Assembly (NCBI GenBank): GCA_049968235.1
Contig: JBMFRC010000004.1
Span: 128,001 to 192,000 of the forward strand
DNA: 64,000 bases
Reading direction: 5' to 3'
From: Candidatus Hydrogenedens sp.
Lineage (GTDB): Bacteria; Hydrogenedentota; Hydrogenedentia; Hydrogenedentales; Hydrogenedentaceae
Each line of letters opens with the position of its first letter. Positions within the stretch are counted from its first letter, which is position 1. Below the pieces are notes generated by a model. That model made no database searches and was not told where the DNA came from. It saw only the letters and a list, made by a program, of their open reading frames with translations. A program made the position numbers and the translations under genes. Shown in pieces: positions 1-9,253 of this stretch.

Positions 1-1
1 G

Positions 2-77
2 AAGATTACAAATATTAAGGAAGCCAATAAGTACTTAACAAAAGAGTATCGTAAAGGCTGGGAATTGCCTTTATAAT
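2..77 (+). CDS. 3' end (C-terminal ~25 aa) of an upstream + strand gene running off the window start; product unknown
   Basis: Open frame 2 from the window edge to TAA at 75-77, immediately followed by a strong hairpin/T-tract terminator; too short to identify. Confidence 0.2.
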
Positions 78-81
78 TTAT

Positions 82-894
82 TTAGGAACTAATTTCTAGT
101 TTTGCATTGCAAGTTAAAAGCCTTGTAAGTTCTATCTTACAAGGCTTTTTGATTTCTTCTTCTAATTTTCCAATTGAGTAAAACTTTATTTTGCCAGATA
201 TTGTATCTTTTACAATCAGACATCCTGTAATGGGGGTTGTTTCGTCTTTCCATATAAAGATTATATACTCATAAGCAGGAATAGTCCAGAAATTAAAATC
301 ATTAAGTTTTTGAGGCAGGTTCTCTTTTATTATAGATAATACCTTGTTTAAAATTTTTTTTCTTTTTTCTACTGGGGATTTCAATTTATATAGTGATTCA
401 TATACTGTCCAGAGGATTAATGATATACCTGGACTTTCATCTAGACCGTTTAAATAGTTTTTTTCGTTTAAATATTGTTTTATTTTTTCTGTTTTTCTTC
501 TGGAGTTTTCTATGTCAATTCCTACTGGGGATTTAGAATACAATGCCAATATCATCCATTTATCTGTGTGTGCAATCGAAAGGAAAATGGTTTGAGGTGG
601 GGTAGAAAAAAAATTATTATGTAATATTTCTTCTTCTCTTTTTATGGAATTATAATATCGTATATTTACAGGGTTTGTCTGCATAATGTATAGGAAAAGG
701 AGCCTACTTAATAATAATTCTTTCCTTCGTTTTTGTGATTGGCAGTTGGAAATATGGTTAGTAAATTCAGATGTAACTATTTTGTTTTTCTGAACAAGGA
801 CAGACAAATCCTGTTCTGAGAATAAATCCATAGGTATTAATAATAGGGAGATATTTTCATCCAATAAAAAATGGGGCATAAAGAAAAGACTCAT
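82..894 (-). CDS. Sfp/EntD-type 4'-phosphopantetheinyl transferase family protein
   Basis: Motifs resembling PPTase motif 2 (LSIAHTDKWMILAL), motif 3 (VGIDIE) and motif 4 (W..YESLYKL); 4-nt overlap with upstream GT-C gene. Confidence 0.5.
   Translation of the reverse strand: MSLFFMPHFLLDENISLLLIPMDLFSEQDLSVLVQKNKIVTSEFTNHISNCQSQKRRKELLLSRLLFLYIMQTNPVNIRYYNSIKREEEILHNNFFSTPPQTIFLSIAHTDKWMILALYSKSPVGIDIENSRRKTEKIKQYLNEKNYLNGLDESPGISLILWTVYESLYKLKSPVEKRKKILNKVLSIIKENLPQKLNDFNFWTIPAYEYIIFIWKDETTPITGCLIVKDTISGKIKFYSIGKLEEEIKKPCKIELTRLLTCNAKLEISS
116..150. terminator. Rho-independent terminator hairpin (aaaagccttgtaag / cttacaaggctttt stem, 6-nt loop) followed by T-run on + strand
   Basis: Perfect 14-bp inverted repeat 116-129/136-149 followed by ttttt; downstream of the + strand partial ORF. 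It lies inside the last ~15 codons of the minus-strand ORF 82..894. Confidence 0.5.
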
Positions 895-2447
895 TTCTTC
901 CTTTCATATATATGTAATGCTCTACCGGAAGGCAAAATATATTGTTTGTAAACATAGTTCTTTTGAAATTCTGCTTCTACAGCCATTTCACGGTCACTTA
1001 CAAATCGAGGTTCTTTATTTCCCGTAGCAGAGCCGAACATAATATAATCGGGTTTTCTTGAAAGGACATACTTTCCATCCCCTTTTTCATGTCCTGCAAA
1101 ACCTTTTCCTAATGTTTTTATCTCTCTATGAGCTATATGTTCATCATTAAGACCTAACATATCAATTATCTTTAAATGTGAATAATAAGCGACACTTCCC
1201 GCTGTATTTGTAGCAAGCAGGGAATTCGGTGGAACATTATCACGGAGCCATAATCCGGTTTCCTTTCCCCTCTCAGCAACGACATCAGCCACAATGCGTT
1301 CGTAAAGGTATGGGTCATTTTTTAATTGCCACAAATTAAAAATTACAATAATAATTACCAATAATAAACTACGAAAGTATGATACGCCGGGAAGGAAGAG
1401 GGAATATGCACTTACGGCAACCAATAAAGGGGTAATGGGAGTATAAAAGCGATGTGCGGGCATACAATCTCCACCTACGGATATAACATAGAGCATATTC
1501 AAAAGAACTGCTAAACTCATCGAAAAAACGACATAACCTCTTTTCTCTAATGTTTTTAGGGGAAATATTTGAAGCATAATAAAAGGAGCCCAGATGAGGG
1601 AAGTCCCTTTCAGAAAGTAGAATGCATAAGTTAATCCTCTTTTAATTTGTTCTTTTGATGAACCTACCTTTACATAGAAAGTATTGGGTAGTAACCAACC
1701 ATAATAGTTATATCTCCATATAAAATAGGGAATAAATACAAGGGAAAATCCTAATATGATAAATATAGGATTAAAGTATTGCTTTTCTTTGAAGGCGTGA
1801 AGAAATGAACAAAAGACAAGAACAGGGAGAATTATTCCTGCATCAGGACGTGACATCACTGCGAGGGCTATTACAACTCCCACAAGGAAATAACCCGATA
1901 ATAATTCTTTATTCCGTGAAATGAAAGCACCAAATAACAATATCGACAGGAAAATTAAAAAGGCGGTCATACTTGTTTCCATACCGCTCATAGCCCAGGA
2001 AGTAAAAGCACCCATAGAGCCTAAAATTAAAACACCTGCAACAGAAACGAGCCAATGCGTTCCTTTAATAATTTTATGGATGCAGGACATTAGAAATATA
2101 GTAATAAATGTAAATAGAACACCCAGAATTTTTGATGTTATAGGCAAATCCAAGCCTATTTTATGTAGTCCCGCTAATAATAGGACCCATAAAAAGCAGG
2201 TATAGCCCTCTACATATTCACCTTCGTTATAGACAATACCTTTTCCTTCGGAAAAATTTTCTGCATACCGAAATGCAATATATGCATCGTCTAATGTCCA
2301 TGGTTGTAAGTAATAGTTATACAAAGATACTAATATTAATGAAATACCAAGAGATATAAGGATAATGAACTCTCCATAACGGGAAATATTAAGTTTTTCC
2401 TTTTTCTCACCTATCTTAAAAAAGCGGAAATTTTCATAAGAATTCAT
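891..2447 (-). CDS. GT-C fold membrane glycosyltransferase (ArnT/PMT-like, polyprenyl-phosphate-sugar dependent), about 11-12 TM helices plus C-terminal soluble domain
   Basis: N-terminal TM helix followed by acidic loop motif DDAYIAFRYAENF typical of GT-C first periplasmic loop; many TM segments; ~110-aa hydrophilic C-terminus. Confidence 0.6.
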   Translation of the reverse strand: MNSYENFRFFKIGEKKEKLNISRYGEFIILISLGISLILVSLYNYYLQPWTLDDAYIAFRYAENFSEGKGIVYNEGEYVEGYTCFLWVLLLAGLHKIGLDLPITSKILGVLFTFITIFLMSCIHKIIKGTHWLVSVAGVLILGSMGAFTSWAMSGMETSMTAFLIFLSILLFGAFISRNKELLSGYFLVGVVIALAVMSRPDAGIILPVLVFCSFLHAFKEKQYFNPIFIILGFSLVFIPYFIWRYNYYGWLLPNTFYVKVGSSKEQIKRGLTYAFYFLKGTSLIWAPFIMLQIFPLKTLEKRGYVVFSMSLAVLLNMLYVISVGGDCMPAHRFYTPITPLLVAVSAYSLFLPGVSYFRSLLLVIIIVIFNLWQLKNDPYLYERIVADVVAERGKETGLWLRDNVPPNSLLATNTAGSVAYYSHLKIIDMLGLNDEHIAHREIKTLGKGFAGHEKGDGKYVLSRKPDYIMFGSATGNKEPRFVSDREMAVEAEFQKNYVYKQYILPSGRALHIYERKK

Positions 2448-2450
2448 ATA

Positions 2451-3170
2451 TTAACCTCTGCTTAATTTTATTGTCCACCATATACTATACAAGAAATAGT
2501 AAATAACATATATTAGAGATAAATAAATATAGATATGATGTTTGGGATAGTTATAAATAGATAGTATGATAAGAAATGCCCAGATTGAAACTAAAATGAG
2601 ATTTAGTAAACGGTATTGAATGGCTCTGCTGGGATATAAGTAACGAATAGGAATGAATACTAAAATAGTTAACGATAAAATTATTATAAAATTAACTTTC
2701 TCCGGGAAATCTAAAAGAAATATATAAAGCACCACAATATTCCAATACGAAGGGAAACCTTTGAACCAATGGTCTTCTGTTTTTGCATCGGTCTGGCAAA
2801 ATTGATATGCAGAAGAAAGGGTTATCAAAATTGAAGATAATAAATTTAGTTTATAAGGGACACTGTGGGTCTCATATAAAAAACTGGCGGGTACTATTAC
2901 ATAAGTAAAATAATCAACAATATTATCTAATAAAGCACCGTCGAAATTAGGGAGGACATCTTTTACCTTAAATGCACGAGCCAGGATACCATCAATAGAA
3001 TCTATAAAAACAGAAATAGCCATCCATGTAAATGCCTGGACCCATTGATGTCTACCGATAGCAATAATTGCCAAGAAGCCGAAAACAGCACCCATTGCAG
3101 TAAGTAAATGTATCGACCACGCAAGGGTGTATTGAATGCAGGAATACTCTTTATTGTTTGTCATATTCAA
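2451..3170 (-). CDS. CDP-alcohol phosphatidyltransferase, phosphatidylcholine synthase (Pcs)-like
   Basis: CDP-OH-P transferase signature D-x2-DG-x2-AR...G-x3-D-x3-D (FIDSIDGILARAF ... DGALLDNIVDY); N-terminal AWSIHLLTAMGAVFGFLAI resembles the Pcs family; ~240 aa, multi-TM. Confidence 0.55.
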   Translation of the reverse strand: MNMTNNKEYSCIQYTLAWSIHLLTAMGAVFGFLAIIAIGRHQWVQAFTWMAISVFIDSIDGILARAFKVKDVLPNFDGALLDNIVDYFTYVIVPASFLYETHSVPYKLNLLSSILITLSSAYQFCQTDAKTEDHWFKGFPSYWNIVVLYIFLLDFPEKVNFIIILSLTILVFIPIRYLYPSRAIQYRLLNLILVSIWAFLIILSIYNYPKHHIYIYLSLIYVIYYFLYSIWWTIKLSRG

Positions 3171-3193
3171 GCAGTCTATTTATTCTCATGCCT

Positions 3194-4456
3194 TCAAGTC
3201 TTTTCAATATCATGTAATAATTTTACCTTTTTACGAAGGTAATAAAAAAGCAATAACTCAGCAAGTATAACAAAAAATACAAGGAATGTTATGTATTTGT
3301 AAGATATTGTTACTCCGTATTTATCTACTAAAAAACCAAAGATAAGACTTCCCACGACACCCCCTAATCCTACAAGCCCTTCATTAATTGAAGCCCTGCC
3401 ATGTCGGAGAACAGGGTTATTAACACTATAATAGGTGCTGGCAAAGAAAGTTAAGCCATGGTTTGCACCGATTACAGCAAAAGATATGCATATTAATAGG
3501 ATACTTTTTGTTTCTGACAAGAGGTAAAATGTAATAGCACATATCCCTTGAGAAATAATAAGTAAAGAAATGCGATGTTTCCAGAAGTAGGTCCATGCGA
3601 ATAGTAAAAACACACCCGCAGTAGTAAAAGCCATCATTGCAGATGGCCAGGAAAATTTTGTTGCGGGGTCTCCAGTAAGAATAGGACTGACTGAATTTTC
3701 AAATAAGAACCGAAGTTCATTGTTTGAAACTAATTTTTTTAGGTGTTCAGCGTAAGTAGAACGAGGAATTATTGACATTAAGTTGGCAAGAAAAACCCCT
3801 ATCCAAAAAGGATACAAAAACAGATTGTTTGTTTCATCGCCATTGTGATTACTCTCAGAATTTTGTGGGGAGTTATTTTTCAGATTATAATGGCTATTTT
3901 CATTTTGTATGAACAAAAGAAAAATAAAGGAAAGAATGCTTATAAAAAATATCAGGATATAGGGTAATCTGAAATCAATATCGTAAAGAGGTCCTGCAAC
4001 CAGTGGACTAATTGTAAAACCCAAACTCCAAGCAATATTGAAAAAAGCAAGATTTCGTTGTCTTTTAGTTTCATTTGTTTCAGTTCCCACCCATGCATAG
4101 AATGCAGGCCAGGTAATTGCCATACCTATAAAAGCCATTGCAGATAGTAGATAAAAAGCATATTTAGAAGGGAAAAAAGGATATAAGGGATAAGAAAAAG
4201 TAAAAATAATGACCCCCCATCTTGCCCATGATAATATGTTTTTTGATTTTCCCACAATCCTTGATGTTAAAAGACAGGTAATTGTGTAAACTGCCATTTG
4301 TATAGCAAAGACATTTCCGGAGATAGCCGTGTTTCCATTGGGGAGATGGTCGAGAATGAGAAAAGGCAATGCAACAATACCTGCCATAATGGCAAAATCT
4401 ACCCAAAAACCGACCTGGCATAGTAAAAAGAAGGATATAAATCTTTTACGGGACAT
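3194..4456 (-). CDS. MFS-type transporter (12 TM)
   Basis: 420 aa, two sets of six hydrophobic segments separated by a hydrophilic loop; heads a tight 4-gene operon. Confidence 0.6.
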   Translation of the reverse strand: MSRKRFISFFLLCQVGFWVDFAIMAGIVALPFLILDHLPNGNTAISGNVFAIQMAVYTITCLLTSRIVGKSKNILSWARWGVIIFTFSYPLYPFFPSKYAFYLLSAMAFIGMAITWPAFYAWVGTETNETKRQRNLAFFNIAWSLGFTISPLVAGPLYDIDFRLPYILIFFISILSFIFLLFIQNENSHYNLKNNSPQNSESNHNGDETNNLFLYPFWIGVFLANLMSIIPRSTYAEHLKKLVSNNELRFLFENSVSPILTGDPATKFSWPSAMMAFTTAGVFLLFAWTYFWKHRISLLIISQGICAITFYLLSETKSILLICISFAVIGANHGLTFFASTYYSVNNPVLRHGRASINEGLVGLGGVVGSLIFGFLVDKYGVTISYKYITFLVFFVILAELLLFYYLRKKVKLLHDIEKT

Positions 4457-4560
4457 ACTATTCTATTTCTCTATGTTGTGTGGGATATTATAGGATTAGA
4501 TAAATTAATGGATTATCGTTTATATGAAGGGAAAACTGCAAATTTAAATAACTTGCAATT

Positions 4561-5691
4561 TTATCCAATCGTTTTATGGAATCGGAATGAGGCAATAAAA
4601 AGGATGATAATCCCCATAGCTCCGAGAATTGCACCGTTGTGCCATAAATCCCAGAAACCTGCATTGCGAAGAATAATCCCGCGTAGAATTCGAATAAAAT
4701 AGGTAGCGGGGACAATCTGTCCAAACCAATAAATAATTTTGGGCATGGTTTCTTGTGGGAACATAAAACCGGAAAGAAGGAATGAAGGTAATAGTATCAG
4801 AAATGAGATTTGTAATGCTTGAATTTGATTCTGGGCAAAAGTAGAAACCAGTAATCCCATACCTAATGTAGTGAAAAGAAATATTCCGGCGAAGAAAGCC
4901 AGGAGAAGGACACTTCCGGCAATAGGAACTTGAAATAAAAATCGCATTAAAAACAGAACCGAGGCTGTTTCACATATTCCCACACCTAAAAAAGGAATTA
5001 ATTTACCTAACATCAGCCCAAAGCGAGAGACAGGTGTAACCACCAATTGTTCTAATGTTCTCTGTTCTTTTTCTTTTACAATAGCGAAAGATGTTAGGAG
5101 CATTATTACTACTTGAAGGATAACTCCGCATAAGCCGGGAATCATAAAATTTGCTGTTCTCATATCGGGATTGAATAATACGCGGGGTCGCATATCAATA
5201 GGGAACTGAGAAGGTAGGACTTTTGTTTTGTTTAATACTTTTATTGAAGCCCTTAATCCGATGGCATTACTTACATTTAAAGCCTGCATTGCCACTGTAG
5301 AATCGCTACCATCGATGAGGATTTGTATGCTAACATGTTCATTTTTCAACACGCGGTCTGTATAGTAAGGAGGAATATGGATACCGACACGAACATCTCC
5401 CCTACGCATAGATGTAGCCATTTCTTCTTCATTGTTGAAAATCTTAACAATGTCAAAATATCCTGAATTTACGAACTGGTCTGCTAAATTTCTACTCTCT
5501 ATCTTTTTATCTTGATTTAATATACCTGTCCGAATATTTTTTATATCTAAATTGACAGCAAAGCCAAAAATGATGAGTTCAATACTTGGAATAACTAACA
5601 TTAAGAAAAGACTTCGTGGGTCTCTGACAATGTGTCTTGTTTCTTTGTAAATAATTGCAAAAAGCCCTTGAAACATATCTTCACTTTCCAA
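4561..5691 (-). CDS. ABC-2 type transporter permease
   Basis: 376 aa, N-terminal TM then large extracytoplasmic domain then 5 C-terminal TM segments; overlaps upstream ABC ATPase gene. Confidence 0.7.
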   Translation of the reverse strand: MESEDMFQGLFAIIYKETRHIVRDPRSLFLMLVIPSIELIIFGFAVNLDIKNIRTGILNQDKKIESRNLADQFVNSGYFDIVKIFNNEEEMATSMRRGDVRVGIHIPPYYTDRVLKNEHVSIQILIDGSDSTVAMQALNVSNAIGLRASIKVLNKTKVLPSQFPIDMRPRVLFNPDMRTANFMIPGLCGVILQVVIMLLTSFAIVKEKEQRTLEQLVVTPVSRFGLMLGKLIPFLGVGICETASVLFLMRFLFQVPIAGSVLLLAFFAGIFLFTTLGMGLLVSTFAQNQIQALQISFLILLPSFLLSGFMFPQETMPKIIYWFGQIVPATYFIRILRGIILRNAGFWDLWHNGAILGAMGIIILFIASFRFHKTIG

Positions 5692-6667
5692 AAGAACGAG
5701 TTAAAGTCACGAAAACATCTTCAAGTGTTGGCGGAACTACTCGTAAACTCTGAATATGAAATCCTTTTTTCTGAATAGATTGTTGGAGTTCATCTTCGCT
5801 TCCCTTTTGAATAAGAATATGAATAACATCCGAAAACATGGTGGCATCCCTGACAAAAGTCATTCTTAACAACTCTCGCATGGCTTCTGTAAGTCGGTCT
5901 ATTCTGAGTTCATATCGCACAAATCCTTCTGGTGTTACTTGTGGCATCTTTTTTAATTCTTCCGGGGAACCATAAGCAATAAGTTTTGAAAAGTAGATAT
6001 ATCCGAGGTGGGAACATCGTTCCGCTTCATCCATATAGTGAGTTGTAACAAAAAAAGTCGTTCCACGTGCGGAGAGGTCAAATAAGAGATTCCATAAGTC
6101 ACGACGGGCAACAGGGTCAATTCCTGCGGTAGGCTCATCTAAGAATAACAATTTCGGATTATGAACCAGTGAACAGGCAAGAGCAAGTCTTTGTTTCCAT
6201 CCTCCGGATAAAGAACCTGATAATTGGTTCAGGTAAGGTTTGATATCTACAATATTAATTACTTCATCAATTCGCTCTTTTCTTTGTTTTCGGGGGATAC
6301 CGTAAATTTTAGCATAAAAAGTAATATTTTCAAGGACGGTGAGGTCAGCATATAGACTGAATTGTTGGGACATATAGCCAATCGATTTTTTTATTTCTTC
6401 ACTTTCAGAAACTACATCATAACCTAAAACCCTTGCTTCACCGGAGGTAGGACGAAGAATACCACATAACATACGAATTAAGGTTGTCTTTCCGGAACCA
6501 TTAGGACCTAAAAAACCGAATATATCTCGTTTTCGAACTGTTAATGAAACACGGTCAACAGCAGTGTGTACGCCAAATTTTCGGGATAATTCATTTACCT
6601 CGATTACTGCAGGGTAAACCTGCTGTGAAATGTGGTTGTCTTCTACCTGTGACATATATAGGCTCAT
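5681..6667 (-). CDS. ABC transporter ATP-binding protein
   Basis: Walker A GPNGSGKTT, ABC signature LSGG, Walker B LLFLDEPTAGID. Confidence 0.85.
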   Translation of the reverse strand: MSLYMSQVEDNHISQQVYPAVIEVNELSRKFGVHTAVDRVSLTVRKRDIFGFLGPNGSGKTTLIRMLCGILRPTSGEARVLGYDVVSESEEIKKSIGYMSQQFSLYADLTVLENITFYAKIYGIPRKQRKERIDEVINIVDIKPYLNQLSGSLSGGWKQRLALACSLVHNPKLLFLDEPTAGIDPVARRDLWNLLFDLSARGTTFFVTTHYMDEAERCSHLGYIYFSKLIAYGSPEELKKMPQVTPEGFVRYELRIDRLTEAMRELLRMTFVRDATMFSDVIHILIQKGSEDELQQSIQKKGFHIQSLRVVPPTLEDVFVTLTRSFGK

Positions 6668-7800
6668 CGTGTTAATGGGACTTTCACAGTAGCAGTCATT
6701 CCTGCACGAAGTTTACCGTTATATGAGTTAAGGGACAATTTCACAGCAAACACTTGTTGTATTCTCTCTTCCTGTGTTTGTAAATTTCGAGGAGTAAATT
6801 CACCTTCGGAAGCAATATAGATAATTTTTCCTGAAAATGTTTCATCTCTATGAGCGTCTGTAACAAAGGTCAAATTTTGTCCTATGGAAATATAACCCAA
6901 CACATAGGCAGGGACATATATAACCATTTCCAAATCGTCCGGGTTCACAATACGGATACAGGGACCCGGGGGAACAATATCTCCTTTACGAACAGATACA
7001 GACTCTACAATACCATCGATTGGCGAGTTAACAGTGCACTCTTTCCTGACTGAATCAGCCCTTGATAATTCGGCGAGGGCTGATTCTAAAGCCGATTCTG
7101 CAGAACGGATATCTTCAATTCGTGGTCCTCTTTTTATTTCATCAAACATAGCAACAGTTCGTTCCCAATTTGCTTTTGCTGATTCTATTTCTTCTTCCCG
7201 GGCACCTTTTTGAAGTTGTTTATATCTTTCATCCGCTACGCGATATTCTGCTTTTGCTTTTTCAAAAAGTATTTTTGCTTGTTCCCATTCTTTTTTAGAA
7301 ACTGCTCCTTCGTTAAATAGTCGTTCTGCTCGTTCGTAATCGCGTTTGGCTATTTCAAAGGTAGATTTTGCGGATTCCAGTGTAGCTTTTGCAGATTGTT
7401 TATCTTCTTCTCTTGCTCCTGCAAGCAAAAGCCGATATTGTGCTTCTGCAGTTTTCATAGCATTTTCTGCCTGACGGAGTTCTTCCTCCGTAGCACCTCT
7501 TTTTAACTTTTCCACCAGGGATTCGGCACGTTTAACTCCAGCAAGGGCGGATTGATACATTGACTCCTGTTGGTTACAGTCAAACTGAATTAGAGTAGTA
7601 TCTTTTTTTACGAAATCCCCTTCTTTAACAAAAACATCAATAATACGACCTCCAATTGTCGAACCTGGCGTATGGACTTTGCATTCGATTTGTCCTGAAA
7701 CTAAAAAGGAAGTTTTTTCTTCTTTGGTGCATGAGCAAAATGTAATAGAACTAATTAAAAGTATTGTAGGAATTTTTTTGTAGAAAATCTTATATTTCAT
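6664..7800 (-). CDS. HlyD-family periplasmic adaptor (membrane fusion) protein
   Basis: N-terminal signal/anchor, long coiled-coil segment rich in E/A/K/R flanked by beta-barrel-like regions; translationally coupled to ABC ATPase and permease. Confidence 0.7.
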   Translation of the reverse strand: MKYKIFYKKIPTILLISSITFCSCTKEEKTSFLVSGQIECKVHTPGSTIGGRIIDVFVKEGDFVKKDTTLIQFDCNQQESMYQSALAGVKRAESLVEKLKRGATEEELRQAENAMKTAEAQYRLLLAGAREEDKQSAKATLESAKSTFEIAKRDYERAERLFNEGAVSKKEWEQAKILFEKAKAEYRVADERYKQLQKGAREEEIESAKANWERTVAMFDEIKRGPRIEDIRSAESALESALAELSRADSVRKECTVNSPIDGIVESVSVRKGDIVPPGPCIRIVNPDDLEMVIYVPAYVLGYISIGQNLTFVTDAHRDETFSGKIIYIASEGEFTPRNLQTQEERIQQVFAVKLSLNSYNGKLRAGMTATVKVPLTR

Positions 7801-7921
7801 TTTTTTGTCAAAAAATATTTTATATACATTAATTTTTCAATATTGTTACTAAAAATTCAGGTAGAAAATAATAACTTACTTAAAATAATAAATACAAAAT
7901 AAGAGGAGGTGAAGGGGTAAG

Positions 7922-9253
7922 TTATTTTTTAATTTCAACGAGCCCGAAAGTCATTGATGCTTCTGCAACGACTTGATTTTCTACAGAAGCAATTACTCTT
8001 GCTTTGAACAAATCATTTCGGTAATACAACATCTCTGCTTCTACAACAAGTTGGTCTCCGGGAACGACTAAGCGTCTTAGTGAAGCATTCTCTATCCCAA
8101 TGAAATATGCTTGATAAAGTGGGGGTTCTCCATTTTCACGGAATATAAGGACAGAAGAAACCTGTGCCATGGCTTCAAGAATTAAAACACTGGGCATTAC
8201 AGGAACATCAGGCCAGTGTCCTTGAAAGAATGGCTCGTTTACAGTTACATTTTTGATACCCACTACTTTTTTCATAGATGTAAATTCTATAATTCTATCC
8301 ACCAGGAGAAATGGGTAGCGATGCGGTAATATTCTTAATATTTTGTTTACATCTAAAACAGGGATTTGTCGGTGAGCAGTGGGTCTCGGGTCATGAACCG
8401 CATAAATGCCATATCCGTTTAAATATACTTTTTTAATTTGTTTTGTAAACATGACATTTTTTTCATGTCCGGACTTGACACCGATAATATGTCCAATTAG
8501 AGGTCGCCCTAAAAGATAGGTATCTCCAAGCAAATCAAGAATTTTATGGCGAACGAACTCATCCGGGAAACGAAGTCCATCATTTAGAATTTCTTCATCA
8601 CCAATAACGACTGCACTTTCAAGACTACCTCCCATAATCAATCCCTGTTCTTTTAACATTTTTACTTCTTTCAGAAAACAAAAAGTTCGGGCGGGGGCGA
8701 TTTGAGACATAAAGGTTTCTTCGTTTACGGGGAAACTTGCATACTGGGTTCCGATGGCTACATGGTCGTATGCAATAGTCATTGTTACTCGTAATTCATC
8801 GGAAGGGAGAATATTTAAGGTAACTTCATCCTGTCTATAATAAACAGGTCTATCCACAAGCAGTGCCCTTTTTGGCTCTTCTTGTTCGGTAATTCCTGCT
8901 CTTAAAAGGCAATTCATTACAGGGAGGGCACTACCATCTCCATTGGGTATTTCTTCATTGTCGAGTTCTATATATAAATTATCAATACCTAAACCTGCCA
9001 TTGCTGCTAAGCCATGTTCAACGGTGCGGACTTTAGCACTACCAATACCTATTGTCGTTCCTCGTGAGACATCAACAACATGGTCAATATTAGCAGGGAT
9101 AGCGGGTTTACCAGCCATATCTGTTCGTATAAAAATGATACCTGTATCGGGTGGAGCAGGTTTGAATGTTACTGTGGTCAAACTTCCACTATGTAATCCT
9201 ACTCCTGAAAAAGATACTTCTTTGCTAATGGTTCTTTGGTTTTTCATACGCAA
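7922..9253 (-). CDS. lpxC-fabZ: Bifunctional UDP-3-O-acyl-GlcNAc deacetylase / 3-hydroxyacyl-ACP dehydratase (LpxC-FabZ fusion)
   Basis: N-terminal LpxC sequence (ISKEVSFSGVGLHSGS..., HEKNVMFTK) and C-terminal FabZ hot-dog (ILPHRYPFLLVDRI, GHWPDVPVMP); overlaps lpxD by 10 nt. Confidence 0.85.
   Translation of the reverse strand: MRMKNQRTISKEVSFSGVGLHSGSLTTVTFKPAPPDTGIIFIRTDMAGKPAIPANIDHVVDVSRGTTIGIGSAKVRTVEHGLAAMAGLGIDNLYIELDNEEIPNGDGSALPVMNCLLRAGITEQEEPKRALLVDRPVYYRQDEVTLNILPSDELRVTMTIAYDHVAIGTQYASFPVNEETFMSQIAPARTFCFLKEVKMLKEQGLIMGGSLESAVVIGDEEILNDGLRFPDEFVRHKILDLLGDTYLLGRPLIGHIIGVKSGHEKNVMFTKQIKKVYLNGYGIYAVHDPRPTAHRQIPVLDVNKILRILPHRYPFLLVDRIIEFTSMKKVVGIKNVTVNEPFFQGHWPDVPVMPSVLILEAMAQVSSVLIFRENGEPPLYQAYFIGIENASLRRLVVPGDQLVVEAEMLYYRNDLFKARVIASVENQVVAEASMTFGLVEIKK

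Noticed and set aside
1921-2205. Plus-strand 94-aa ORF inside the GT-C gene, and similar antisense or embedded ORFs (4164..4421, 5953..6138, 8943..9293, 9341..9574, 12677..12910, 15427..15969, 32519..32977, 52901..53443 and others)
   Set aside because: All are fully nested in well-supported genes on the opposite strand or in another frame and have biased, low-complexity composition. They are typical shadow ORFs.
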